In this document: piece after piece, positions 18,603 through 27,523 of the stretch
Position numbering within the stretch: the stretch's first letter is position 1
How the letters are laid out: each line of letters begins with the position of its first letter
Position numbers and translations under genes: made by a program
The notes under the pieces: model-generated
What the model was told of the DNA's origin: nothing
The model's database searches: none
Seen by the model: only the letters and a program-made list of their open reading frames with translations
IMG/VR virus record: IMGVR_UViG_3300005512_005684
Location: 1 to 39,002 of that record
Reading direction: 5' to 3' (one strand)
Length of the DNA: 39,002 bases
Source: a virus
Taxonomy: Duplodnaviria; Heunggongvirae; Uroviricota; Caudoviricetes

Positions 18603-19564
18603 TGAAATACGACGAAGCCATGAATCATTGCATCTTCCGGTATGTCTCCGGGAGCAAAGCCTATGGTACGGATCGTCCTGATTCGGATACCGACTGGAGA
18701 GGGGTTTTCGTGGCCCCGCTTCGCTACACCTTCAACCTCTACACGAGAGAGGACGAAGATGGTGCGATCAAGGTCGGAGTACAGCAGATTGAGTTGAAGG
18801 AAAGAGACGAAGTGATCTACGAGCTTCGTCGAGTGCTCAAGTTGCTTGTGGCATGTAACCCGAACATCATTGAGTGTCTCTGGGTTGACAGGTTTATCGA
18901 CATTGAGAAACCGTTGTGGACGAAGATTCGCCAGCATCGTGATTACTTCCTGAGCACGAAGGCGAGACACACGTTCTCCGGCTATGCGATAGCTCAGTTG
19001 CGTCGGATCCGTACTCACCGTGCGTGGCTTTTGAATCCACCTGATCACGAACCTACTAGGCAAGAGTTTGGATTGCCGCAGCATGGCACGGTGCCCAAGG
19101 AACAACGACAGGCAATTCTCAGCCTATCGGAAAGATTCCTGGGTGAGGAAGTTCGTGAGACCGTGAAGAAAGAGCAAGCCTTCGAGGAAGCCTTGAAGCA
19201 TTGGCGGGCGTACTGCAAGTGGGACAGGGAGCGTAACCCGGAGCGCAAGGCTCTCGAAGCGAAGTTCGGGTACGACGTGAAGCACGCCATGCACCTGGTT
19301 CGCATTTTGAGGATGGGAGAGGAAATCCTTCGGCGCGGAGAGGTCAACGTCTATCGAGAGGATCGAGACGAGCTACGTTCCATCATGCAGGGAGCGTGGA
19401 CGTATGAGGAGATCGAAGCGTATGCCACGGGCAAGGATGGCGAGTTTGAAGCTCTGGAGAAAACGTCTCCGCTTCCTCATTCAGCGAACAAGAAAGCCGT
19501 TGAGGAACTCTTCATTGATTTGTGCGAGGAAGTGTACGGGGTCAAGATACGGGAGGAGAGATGA
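18602..19564 (+). CDS. Pol-beta superfamily nucleotidyltransferase (Nuc-transf/RlaP-like)
   Basis: SGSKAYGT..PDSDTDWRGVF, NPNIIE, TFSGYA, GYDVKHAMHLVR. Confidence 0.88.
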   Translation: MKYDEAMNHCIFRYVSGSKAYGTDRPDSDTDWRGVFVAPLRYTFNLYTREDEDGAIKVGVQQIELKERDEVIYELRRVLKLLVACNPNIIECLWVDRFIDIEKPLWTKIRQHRDYFLSTKARHTFSGYAIAQLRRIRTHRAWLLNPPDHEPTRQEFGLPQHGTVPKEQRQAILSLSERFLGEEVRETVKKEQAFEEALKHWRAYCKWDRERNPERKALEAKFGYDVKHAMHLVRILRMGEEILRRGEVNVYREDRDELRSIMQGAWTYEEIEAYATGKDGEFEALEKTSPLPHSANKKAVEELFIDLCEEVYGVKIREER

Positions 19565-19797
19565 GAACCTATTGGCGTTACTTCAAGCTCACTTGGTTCA
19601 GTCCATCGTTGTGGTCGGCCGCGGCGTGGTTCGTGTTCATTGGGATACTGTTGTTCGGTGTCGGACACTCCGGTTACTGGAAGGGTTTCTGGGGTGTACT
19701 TTTGGTATTGATCGTTTTTCCGTTGTGTACCATGGCCGGCGCGTATCGACGCCGGGTAATGGAAGAGAACGCTACTATGACAGGAGGTAAGAAATGA
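19561..19797 (+). CDS. Small membrane protein with two TM helices
   Basis: Two Trp-rich hydrophobic segments; GGAGG RBS; ATGA overlap. Confidence 0.7.
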   Translation: MRTYWRYFKLTWFSPSLWSAAAWFVFIGILLFGVGHSGYWKGFWGVLLVLIVFPLCTMAGAYRRRVMEENATMTGGKK

Positions 19798-20297
19798 GAA
19801 TCATCGTCGTAGATGACGAACCGGCAGTTAGTGATATTGTGAAAGGGGTGTGTCTGGCCGCGGGGTATACGTGTGATACATTTGACTCGTATCCCGATGA
19901 CCCGGGACCGGCAAGCCTGATTATCACCGATCTGGTGGGGCCTGGACCTCGTGGGCGTGACATTTGTGATCGACTTGAGGCCGAGGGGAACATGACACCG
20001 ATCATAGTGTTGACAGCGGCAACTGGTGATAGGTTGGAGCAATTGATCGGGTCGGACTGGAAACCGATAGCGGTGGTGACGAAGCCGTTCAGTATCGCTC
20101 CGCTGACTCAGATAATTAAGGGCATTCTCGGCGAACCAAAGGAAACGCTCCTGGAGGCCGTGAGAGCGCTCTACTTCGCCGGGTACTGGACGTGTGCCGG
20201 TTCCACAAGGGAAAAGCAAGCTGCGCTCTGGGAGCGTCTCAGGGACGCTGCGGGGATACCAGAGGGAGCGGCGACTGAGGCTGGAGTGGGAGACTGA
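19794..20297 (+). CDS. Response-regulator receiver domain protein with short C-terminal extension
   Basis: IIVVDDE, IITDL (phospho-Asp), IIVLTA, VTKPF. Confidence 0.85.
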   Translation: MRIIVVDDEPAVSDIVKGVCLAAGYTCDTFDSYPDDPGPASLIITDLVGPGPRGRDICDRLEAEGNMTPIIVLTAATGDRLEQLIGSDWKPIAVVTKPFSIAPLTQIIKGILGEPKETLLEAVRALYFAGYWTCAGSTREKQAALWERLRDAAGIPEGAATEAGVGD

Positions 20298-20300
20298 GAA

Positions 20301-20618
20301 ATGAAACCACATATCCCAGGGCAGCGGTCGAAAGAGCTAAGCCTTGTTCGTGAAGTGGAGGGTCATGGCGAGTACTTGATGATCGATTTAGAGACCGGTA
20401 ACTTGCTCGTGAACAATGGCAGTCTTAGGACGTTGACCAAGCAAGAGGCTGAGTCTCTCATAACAGGGGAAGGTGTGAGTGATTACAATCGCCAATTCCT
20501 GGGACAGGTCGAGGTGGTGCGTGCGACAAACGTGATCGTGACACTTCACACGCAACGAACCCTTGAGTTGAGGATGCGTGCTATCGAGGAACGTGAACGC
20601 GAAGAATCGGATACATGA
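20301..20618 (+). CDS. Hypothetical protein
   Basis: GGGAG RBS; precedes a terminator. Confidence 0.7.
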   Translation: MKPHIPGQRSKELSLVREVEGHGEYLMIDLETGNLLVNNGSLRTLTKQEAESLITGEGVSDYNRQFLGQVEVVRATNVIVTLHTQRTLELRMRAIEEREREESDT

Positions 20619-20642
20619 CAGTCCCTAACAGGGGACGCCTCC

Positions 20643-20683
20643 AAGCCCGTCGCGGAACTCCACGTCCGCGCCGGGCTTTTTTT
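20643..20683 (+). terminator. Rho-independent terminator
   Basis: aagcccg..cgcgga / tccgcg..cgggctt stem followed by a T7 tract. Confidence 0.85.
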
Positions 20684-20762
20684 GTTTTATTGACCTGGAC
20701 AATTGAGCGGGACTATTGGTTCAGACCTGGAAATAGAGCTAAGTAATTCGTTGGGAGATACC

Positions 20763-21365
20763 ATGAAGCCCAGAGTAACGGCAATCGCCAGTCGTGTGGC
20801 GGCCAAGGGAGATTGGAAGTGGGAGAGTGCACGTCGTGAAAAGCAGAGAACCTCCGTCAACAAATATCTCTACCGAGAGTTTGAAGATGTCATGAAGCAG
20901 GAATTGTGGGAGATTGAGGGATTGCCGAAGGGGGGAACGGTTAAGAGTAATTGGCGCGCCGGCGCGACAGAGGTTGTCTATGAGGCGGGTGGTGAGCCGG
21001 TGGTGAGTATTAGCGTTTACGTTCATAACTCTGTTGGCATGAGTGGGGTGTATCATCTTGGCGGAAAGGAAATCACCGTTGAGAGAGTGACCAGTGAACC
21101 TATTGACATAGAGCAGCGACTCACGAAGAGGTTCATTAAGACAACCGTCGATGATCTCTTCAAGGAATTCGTGAAGAAACTGAAACCGAAGGTGGGTGGC
21201 GGTGACGCGTATCTCGGTGATCGGACTCGTGTCGAGGTGAAGTTCACGGTTGACTTGTCAGAGCAAGATGCCGAGGCTCAAATCACACAGGCATTGACTC
21301 GTGCTTTCGGTGACAAGATAAGCGAAGAGATTCGAGTGGACACTGAGGAAGTGAAGTACCGATGA
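20763..21365 (+). CDS. Tag-B protein (MKPRVTAIASRVAA), cargo unknown
   Basis: GGGAG RBS before ATG 20763; tag B at the N-terminus. Confidence 0.75.
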   Translation: MKPRVTAIASRVAAKGDWKWESARREKQRTSVNKYLYREFEDVMKQELWEIEGLPKGGTVKSNWRAGATEVVYEAGGEPVVSISVYVHNSVGMSGVYHLGGKEITVERVTSEPIDIEQRLTKRFIKTTVDDLFKEFVKKLKPKVGGGDAYLGDRTRVEVKFTVDLSEQDAEAQITQALTRAFGDKISEEIRVDTEEVKYR

Positions 21366-21736
21366 CACCGCGCATGGCTGCGATAGCTCGGAGAGTGGCT
21401 GCGGGGTCACAGGCGGTTTGTATAGGACCGCCAGAGAATTGTTCAGCGGTTGCGATCAAAGCGTTGACTGGAGAAAAGGTCGAAGGGAAGAAACGAACAC
21501 CTTCGGAGATTACGTTGGTCATGGACAAACTGGGGTATCACTACAAGGTTGATTCACTCACTCGGAAATGGATGGACAAACCGGCGCGCTCATTCGATGA
21601 AAAGACTCGCTTTACAGGAATGTTGTTTGTGAGTGGGCACGTCATGCCGGTTGTCCGTGGTCGAATGAGCAATTTTTGTGGTCATGGTGACGAACCGATC
21701 ACGTTTCTAATGAGCTTCACGAAGAGGAGGAAGTAG
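21362..21736 (+). CDS. Tag-B protein (MTPRMAAIARRVAA) with possible papain-like Cys/His domain
   Basis: NCSAVAIKALTG ... FVSGHVMPVVRG. Confidence 0.65.
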   Translation: MTPRMAAIARRVAAGSQAVCIGPPENCSAVAIKALTGEKVEGKKRTPSEITLVMDKLGYHYKVDSLTRKWMDKPARSFDEKTRFTGMLFVSGHVMPVVRGRMSNFCGHGDEPITFLMSFTKRRK

Positions 21737-21739
21737 AAG

Positions 21740-22207
21740 ATGGCAGACAAGAAAGAACTGCGAGAGTTTGAGCGCACAATTGTTGCGGCAGTTGATCTTG
21801 ATGTGCTCGTAATGCCAAATGTGTTGAAGGGGAGTGAAGATAAGTGGGAAAAGTGGAAGGCAGAGCACGGTGAGGAAACTCTAAAGGCGCTTGACATGGG
21901 TGGTGCAAAGATTGTCAAGGTCGATCCCGGTGAAGTCAACAAGTACTTCCACCTCCAAAAGGACGGAAAGAAATTCATTCTGAGCTTCATTGAAACTCCG
22001 CAGCGGAGGAAAGACGTTGCTTTGATGCTCAAGAACTTTTCCAAGGTGGTGGAAGCGTATGAGCGTATGAAAGGTTGGGAGGATCCGTTCTATTCCAACA
22101 TTTCTGGAATCCTGGATGGTATCTTCAAGACCCGTGGTGGTCGTCGGGAAGCCTTCAGTGTTGTGTGTGATTGGCTCCGCAAAGATGGAATACGAATCTG
22201 GTCTTAA
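21740..22207 (+). CDS. Tag-A protein (MADKKELREFERTIVA)
   Basis: AGGAGG RBS; tag A. Confidence 0.8.
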   Translation: MADKKELREFERTIVAAVDLDVLVMPNVLKGSEDKWEKWKAEHGEETLKALDMGGAKIVKVDPGEVNKYFHLQKDGKKFILSFIETPQRRKDVALMLKNFSKVVEAYERMKGWEDPFYSNISGILDGIFKTRGGRREAFSVVCDWLRKDGIRIWS

Positions 22208-22222
22208 CAGGAGAAACTAACA

Positions 22223-23026
22223 ATGGCTAACGTAAAAGAACTGCGAAAGTTTGAAGCTGCGCTTAGGATCCTCGACAGAGGTGGTAACGAAGACGGAAAG
22301 TGGCAAGAGGAACATGACGAGAAAGTTCTCGACAAGGTGCTCGATGCGTACGACGAGGGTGCGTACGAGTACGTCGGTGACGAGAAGATGAGAGAGATTG
22401 AGGAAGCGGAGGCGAAATCGACAGTCGAAAAGTATGGTTTCCCGGAGTCCGGCCTGGACGAGCAAAAGGTAGATGGTTGGGACGTGTGGTTCGGTGGTGC
22501 TATCGGGATCAACAATCTCTACAAGGATTCGTGGCCGCCTCTCGACCAGTGTTTCTGGCTTTGGTCTGGTCCGGGTGCGTTCAATGGCGAGATTGAGGTT
22601 CACCTGGAGCACTGGAACATTGAGCCGAACAAGGAACTGATTGACGACATGATCGACGAAGTTGCGGATGATGAACGTATTGACGTTGACCTAGACCTCG
22701 TGGATGTGTCAGCAATCCATTCGAGATTGACACCCAAGGTTAAGGAACACCTTGACAGTGGTGAGGTGCTTGTGTACGGATCGAACTCGTACGATACATG
22801 TGTGGCCATTCGGGATACGTCTGCGAACCGCAAGAAAATTCTGGCGATTGCTCGGAAGGCTCTGAAGCGATCAGGGGCCGATAAGTACGATGCGGTCAAG
22901 GCCGTGAAGGAAGCCTTCGAGGAAATCAACTTTGATACAGGGTACGAACCTGGTCTCAATGCCGTTGAGGAGTCGCACTTCGAGGACGCGATTGAGGAAC
23001 TGATTGAGGAAGAACTGGCTGCTTAG
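22223..23026 (+). CDS. Tag-A protein (MANVKELRKFE), highly acidic
   Basis: ACAGGAG RBS; tag A; D/E-rich. Confidence 0.8.
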   Translation: MANVKELRKFEAALRILDRGGNEDGKWQEEHDEKVLDKVLDAYDEGAYEYVGDEKMREIEEAEAKSTVEKYGFPESGLDEQKVDGWDVWFGGAIGINNLYKDSWPPLDQCFWLWSGPGAFNGEIEVHLEHWNIEPNKELIDDMIDEVADDERIDVDLDLVDVSAIHSRLTPKVKEHLDSGEVLVYGSNSYDTCVAIRDTSANRKKILAIARKALKRSGADKYDAVKAVKEAFEEINFDTGYEPGLNAVEESHFEDAIEELIEEELAA

Positions 23027-23036
23027 GAGCACTGAT

Positions 23037-23615
23037 ATGCAAGTCAATGCCAGAATGATCCGAATCGCACGCCGGGTGGCTGGACTACCTGGTGTTTCTA
23101 CAGGGAGAGAACGGTACGCCAAGTTCTATCACGGGACTGATCCGAAAAGCTCTGAGCGCATTCGCAAGACTGGGTACCTGATTGACCGGTTCACTGGGTC
23201 GAAGGGAACGCGTGACGAGCGTGGATTGATCTGGGTGTCCAAGAACCTTGACGACGCCAGATTCCACACGTACCACCGCGGTATGATGCTGGATAGTTCA
23301 GACCCCGGTGACGTATTCGAGGTCAAGGTACCGTTCCGTGTCAAGGCCATAGACCGTATGCAAAAGCTCACGGCGAAGCAGGCGGAGGTGTTGGGGAGGG
23401 TAAATCTGAGACAGGATTACGATCCGATCAAGCCTGGTTTGGAGTTCCACTTGGCTCTCCGCAAGATCATGCAACACGACGATGCTCCGCAGACGTTGAA
23501 AGAACTACTACCTTTGATCGGTTACAACGCGATCAAGGATGATACTGGATACGGTATCGTGGCCGATAGACTTCAAGCGATCCCGGTTACAGGAGATTCT
23601 CATGGCCATAACTGA
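23037..23615 (+). CDS. Tag-B protein with ADP-ribosyltransferase-like domain
   Basis: RMIRIARRVAG, then FYHGT, LIWVSKNLDDARFH, GDVFEVKV; AGGAG RBS. Confidence 0.65.
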   Translation: MQVNARMIRIARRVAGLPGVSTGRERYAKFYHGTDPKSSERIRKTGYLIDRFTGSKGTRDERGLIWVSKNLDDARFHTYHRGMMLDSSDPGDVFEVKVPFRVKAIDRMQKLTAKQAEVLGRVNLRQDYDPIKPGLEFHLALRKIMQHDDAPQTLKELLPLIGYNAIKDDTGYGIVADRLQAIPVTGDSHGHN

Positions 23616-23908
23616 CGAATTCCAGCAATTCGAGAGGGGTGATTGTGGTTGGGTTGAAGACGAAGTGTGAGTACGAAAAAGCTGCCGACAAGATCAAGAA
23701 AATACGTGAGTCGTGACACGAAGAACAAGGCGACATTGACTCGTCGCTTGAGGAACTAGAGTACACCTTGGAGAGGATTGCTAATGCCGTCGAGGATGAC
23801 GACCAGGAAGAGGTCCAGTCCCTCGTGGTCTCTCCGCATGGTGTCGAAGATACTGCTTATTTTGTGACCGAACTCGGAAGGGACGTAGCGAGGTTGTGTC
23901 GAGTGTAG
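23602..23908 (+). pseudogene. Decayed tag-A gene
   Basis: TTACAGGAG RBS + MAITDEFQQFER; extra G in the G-run at ~23636-39; shifted frame reads VIVVG..., has an in-frame TGA at 23714 and ends TAG 23906-08. Confidence 0.65.
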
Positions 23909-23929
23909 GTATTTGAGGAAGTTCCTGAA

Positions 23930-25216
23930 ATGCAGAACATGATCGAAGGTATCAATGCGATACTCAGTCAGTCACTTGCACTGCGACCAATAAAGGCAGT
24001 GTCGGAAGAATGTCTGCGAGTTGCTCTTGAGCTTACAGAGAGTACCTTTGGGTTTGTGGCGGAACGAGAGGAAGATGGAACAATTAACACGTTGGCGATC
24101 AGTCAACTCGGTTGGCAGATATGTCAGATGGATCGTGACAAAGCTGAGTGTAGCATCGTCAACATGGAGCCGCGGGGAATGTTTGGTGAAGTGATCAATG
24201 TCAAAGCGCCGGTGGTGGTCAATGATGTAGAGGTGTGCGGGTTTAGTTCTGGGGTGCCGGAGGGACACCCGTCGATAACGACGTTCCTGGGTGTGCCTCT
24301 TATGGTTGGCCACGTCGTGTTCGGCGAGATATGTGTAGCGAACAAGGATGATGAGTACTCGGGCGAAGATGTTGACATTCTGGTGGCGTTGTCTACGAGC
24401 TTTTGTATGGCACTCAAGTACGTTCGGTCGGTGGAAGCGGTGGTGGATAAGAGCAATTTGCTCCAGGCAGAGGAAGATGCAAAGGAAGAAATGTTGAACT
24501 CTCTGGAGCACGAGCTACGGACCCCCCTTGGGTCTATTGAGATCATTGCGAACAATGTCTCTGAAGGGGTCTATGACAACGACCAGCAGAAAATGAAGGA
24601 TAAGGCCGGTAGGAACGTGTACAAGCATGTCTTACAGTCGCGTGCGATCTTGAACCAGATGTTGGTGGTGGGAAAGGGGTTGATTGGACCTCTCCAGGAA
24701 GAAACACAGTATGTGAACCTGGGAGAGTTTCTTAGTGAGTTAGACGAGGTACCGCTGGTACCTAACGATCTCAAGAGCGTTGTAGAATTTGAGGTCGAGT
24801 CGTCTGGCCTTGACGACGTGTGGGTCAACATGTCGCGGCATTCGTTGACGAGCGTATTCTCGAACCTCTTGGTCAATGCGGCTGAAGCCATCGTCTTGTT
24901 CAAGAGATCGGGTAAGGTGGAAGTGTTTGTCGAGGATTATAATACCGAGTTTGTGACAGTGGTAGTGAAGGACACTGGCCCGGGTATTCAGGGCGAGCAT
25001 CGTGAAGGTTTATTCTTTGGCAGTTCCACGAAGCAACCGAAGAACGGGTACGTAACGCGTGGCCAAGGATTGAAGATTGTGAAGATGCTCTTGGAACGGG
25101 CGGGTGGTGAGATTGATCTTGCGGACTATGAGCCGGGTGAGGGGGCGGTATTCAAACTGAAACTGAAGCTGATTTTCCAGGGTGGACAAGAGCCTATAGG
25201 AGTTTCACATGATTAG
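23930..25216 (+). CDS. Cytoplasmic GAF-domain sensor histidine kinase
   Basis: GAF (FLGVPL..GEICVANK), H-box HELRTPL, N-box NLLVNAAEA, G1 DTGPGI, G2 GQGL. Confidence 0.9.
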   Translation: MQNMIEGINAILSQSLALRPIKAVSEECLRVALELTESTFGFVAEREEDGTINTLAISQLGWQICQMDRDKAECSIVNMEPRGMFGEVINVKAPVVVNDVEVCGFSSGVPEGHPSITTFLGVPLMVGHVVFGEICVANKDDEYSGEDVDILVALSTSFCMALKYVRSVEAVVDKSNLLQAEEDAKEEMLNSLEHELRTPLGSIEIIANNVSEGVYDNDQQKMKDKAGRNVYKHVLQSRAILNQMLVVGKGLIGPLQEETQYVNLGEFLSELDEVPLVPNDLKSVVEFEVESSGLDDVWVNMSRHSLTSVFSNLLVNAAEAIVLFKRSGKVEVFVEDYNTEFVTVVVKDTGPGIQGEHREGLFFGSSTKQPKNGYVTRGQGLKIVKMLLERAGGEIDLADYEPGEGAVFKLKLKLIFQGGQEPIGVSHD

Positions 25217-25802
25217 CAGAGAACGAGTCGAGAGAATCGCACGTAAGGTACGACAGCAAGACGACGAAGAACCCACGGTGCCGGCGAAGGTACGCAACCT
25301 TGCCAAAAAGATTCTGAAGTTGGGTAACAAGCTGGACGCTCGCTCTCTGGGAGTGAACGATACCATTGCTTGGGTCGAGGACACCCATAGCCAGTACTAT
25401 GGCGAGGCTAGGTACATCGGTGGCAAGGAAGCCACGTGGTCAAGGAAACTCAAAGACCTTGCTGAGAGTAAGTCGAAGGGGAGGGGGCGGAAGGCGGGTT
25501 ACGAGACCACCTTCATGATACTCGACAATGATGATATCGTTGTCGATAACATGACCGAAGCGCAGTTCAAGCGTAGCCTACGTGACAGGGAAGGTATCAA
25601 GCGAGCCTATGGCGGGGACGTGGTATATGCTGCGATTCTCCGTGTCGAGAAAGATGGTGACTTGAGATTTCCGGCTCCTGAGACTTTCGTTGGTAAAGAG
25701 TTTGGCAAGCATCGTGACTTGGCCGTCAATCACATGCAAGAGCACATGGCAAACGAGTTGAACACTGACACTCGGGCATGGGCGCGTGAAGGTAGTATGT
25801 GA
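25209..25802 (+). CDS. Tag-B-like protein (RVERIARKV)
   Basis: AGGAG RBS; divergent tag B. Confidence 0.75.
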   Translation: MISRERVERIARKVRQQDDEEPTVPAKVRNLAKKILKLGNKLDARSLGVNDTIAWVEDTHSQYYGEARYIGGKEATWSRKLKDLAESKSKGRGRKAGYETTFMILDNDDIVVDNMTEAQFKRSLRDREGIKRAYGGDVVYAAILRVEKDGDLRFPAPETFVGKEFGKHRDLAVNHMQEHMANELNTDTRAWAREGSM

Positions 25803-26174
25803 CCCAGAGGCCGTGAAGGAATACAGCAAGTTGATCGATAAGTGGTCTGGCCTGATCAACAAAAGGAAACTGACTCAGGATCAAAAGGTTGCGTTGCTGG
25901 CCGCATTGTTGAAGACGTACCTAAAGTCAGACAAGAGCGGATTCACCCGACCGCTGGAGGTTATGCTTGGTGTGTCGGTTGTGAAACGAAGGCGGCTTTG
26001 GCGGTTCTCAAGAGCGAGCGGTTGCGTGGCGAGATTGGGAAGAAACTCGGGGTGAAGTTGGAATACTCTACAGGGGAGTATCGTCCATCGGATGCGGGAC
26101 CGTTTGGTCACCGACAGTATGGTGGCAAGCGTGGTCAGAATGTTCCTCCAGGTTTGCGCGTTGTGAAGGAATGA
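25786..26174 (+). pseudogene. Probable frameshifted gene (frames 25786-26055 and 25842-26174)
   Basis: The 5' half reads as plausible protein in one frame (DPEAVKEYSKLIDKW...) and the 3' half in another (AALAVLKSERLRGE...). Confidence 0.4.
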
Positions 26175-26228
26175 GCAACCGAGCGGAACAGTTATTCGCT
26201 AGTATTCTTTTCTACTTTGTTAATCCGT

Positions 26229-26263
26229 AAGGGAGACATTGGCTGTGTGCCGGTGTCTCCCTT
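26229..26263. terminator. 15-bp intergenic hairpin (terminator or RNA processing site)
   Basis: aagggagacattggc / gccggtgtctccctt with two G-U pairs, followed by only a short T run. Confidence 0.55.
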
Positions 26264-26293
26264 TGTCGTAGCTTAATTCAGAGGATTGGACGT

Positions 26294-26920
26294 ATGGCTG
26301 CTCTCAATGAGCTTCAACAGTGGGAACGTCGGCGTGTTGCACGTCATATAGTCCGCAAGACACTCGGACTTGAAGTGACACTCGCTATTGACGATGACAT
26401 TCATGAAGAGTATGACGCTCAAACACTCTTCCTTGAGAAATTCCCGGAGAAAGTAGCGAGGGGTGTTGAGGGGGCGGTCGATAAGGACAGTGCACCGATA
26501 CGAACTGCTGCACGTCCGCTGGAGGTAAAGGATTGTCAGGAATGCGGAGCAGTGTGTTGTCGTTATATCAATGTCACGATCAAGCCTCCTACGACCCCGT
26601 TGGACTTGGACGAAATAATCTGGTGGGTTGCACATAAGGGAGTGACCGTCAGTGCAACGAACGGTGGTACATGGCACCTGAGGGTCATGGTACCTTGTGA
26701 GAATCTTGCGGAAGACAATACGTGTCGTGACTACGAAAGACGATCTGTGATTTGTCGAGCGTACGACTGCACTGGAGACCTCAGTGTTGATGACGAATAC
26801 GAGTACGAGTTTAATTCGCCAGACGAAGTAATTGAACATAGAGATTGGTTTGAGAGCATGATGGACATGGAGTCCAAGATTGCTATGCGTGTGGCGGCGT
26901 CAAGTGGTGAGGCCGAGTAA
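26294..26920 (+). CDS. Tag-A protein carrying a YkgJ cysteine-cluster domain and a C-terminal tag-B-like motif
   Basis: MAALNELQQWERRRVA; CQECGAVCC...PCENL..NTCRDYERRSVICRAYDC; ends KIAMRVAAS. Confidence 0.8.
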   Translation: MAALNELQQWERRRVARHIVRKTLGLEVTLAIDDDIHEEYDAQTLFLEKFPEKVARGVEGAVDKDSAPIRTAARPLEVKDCQECGAVCCRYINVTIKPPTTPLDLDEIIWWVAHKGVTVSATNGGTWHLRVMVPCENLAEDNTCRDYERRSVICRAYDCTGDLSVDDEYEYEFNSPDEVIEHRDWFESMMDMESKIAMRVAASSGEAE

Positions 26921-26998
26921 GTCGGAACGCACCTAGTTTGATTTTTCTTTTCTGAATCGCTAGACAATAGAGGCGTCGTATTTACAGAGGAAATAGAC

Positions 26999-27502
26999 GT
27001 GAATAATCAACGGGTAGCAGCAATTGCCCGGCGAGTTGTAGTCGCAGAGACGATGACCACGGCGGATGAAATGGTGGGGAAGATCAAGGAAATCATGGAA
27101 AGGATTTTTCCTGGGTCCACCAACCACGTGCAGCATAGCAAGAATCTCAAAGAGTCGATCTACATTCGCTTTGCTATTGGTAAAAAGTCGGATTGGGGAG
27201 GCGGCATTGCTGAGAATACACCGGTGAGTTTCAGTGCCTTTATTTGGGAAATTAAGGACAGTCAACTTTCGGACGAAATGGTGTATGAGCCGAGGAACAG
27301 CAACGCGTACATTACGATCAAGCCTGTCAAGAATCTGCACATGGCGTACGAGTCTATCAAGGTGCCGGCGCGTAAGACGAAAGGGAATGCTGCGCGTATC
27401 CTCAAGGCTATTGAACGTAATCTGACAAGCCTGAAAGCGAAGGTGAAGGAAAACATCGACGCTATGATGCCAGAACACCAGTGGGTAGAGAAATACGTGT
27501 GA
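26999..27502 (+). CDS. Tag-B protein (MNNQRVAAIARRVVVA)
   Basis: TTTACAGAGG RBS + GTG. Confidence 0.8.
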   Translation: MNNQRVAAIARRVVVAETMTTADEMVGKIKEIMERIFPGSTNHVQHSKNLKESIYIRFAIGKKSDWGGGIAENTPVSFSAFIWEIKDSQLSDEMVYEPRNSNAYITIKPVKNLHMAYESIKVPARKTKGNAARILKAIERNLTSLKAKVKENIDAMMPEHQWVEKYV

Positions 27503-27523
27503 CCTTTTACAGGAGCAGTGGTT

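Noticed and set aside
20690-20720. Sigma70-like promoter TTGACC upstream of the array
   Set aside because: No convincing -10 hexamer at 16-18 nt spacing
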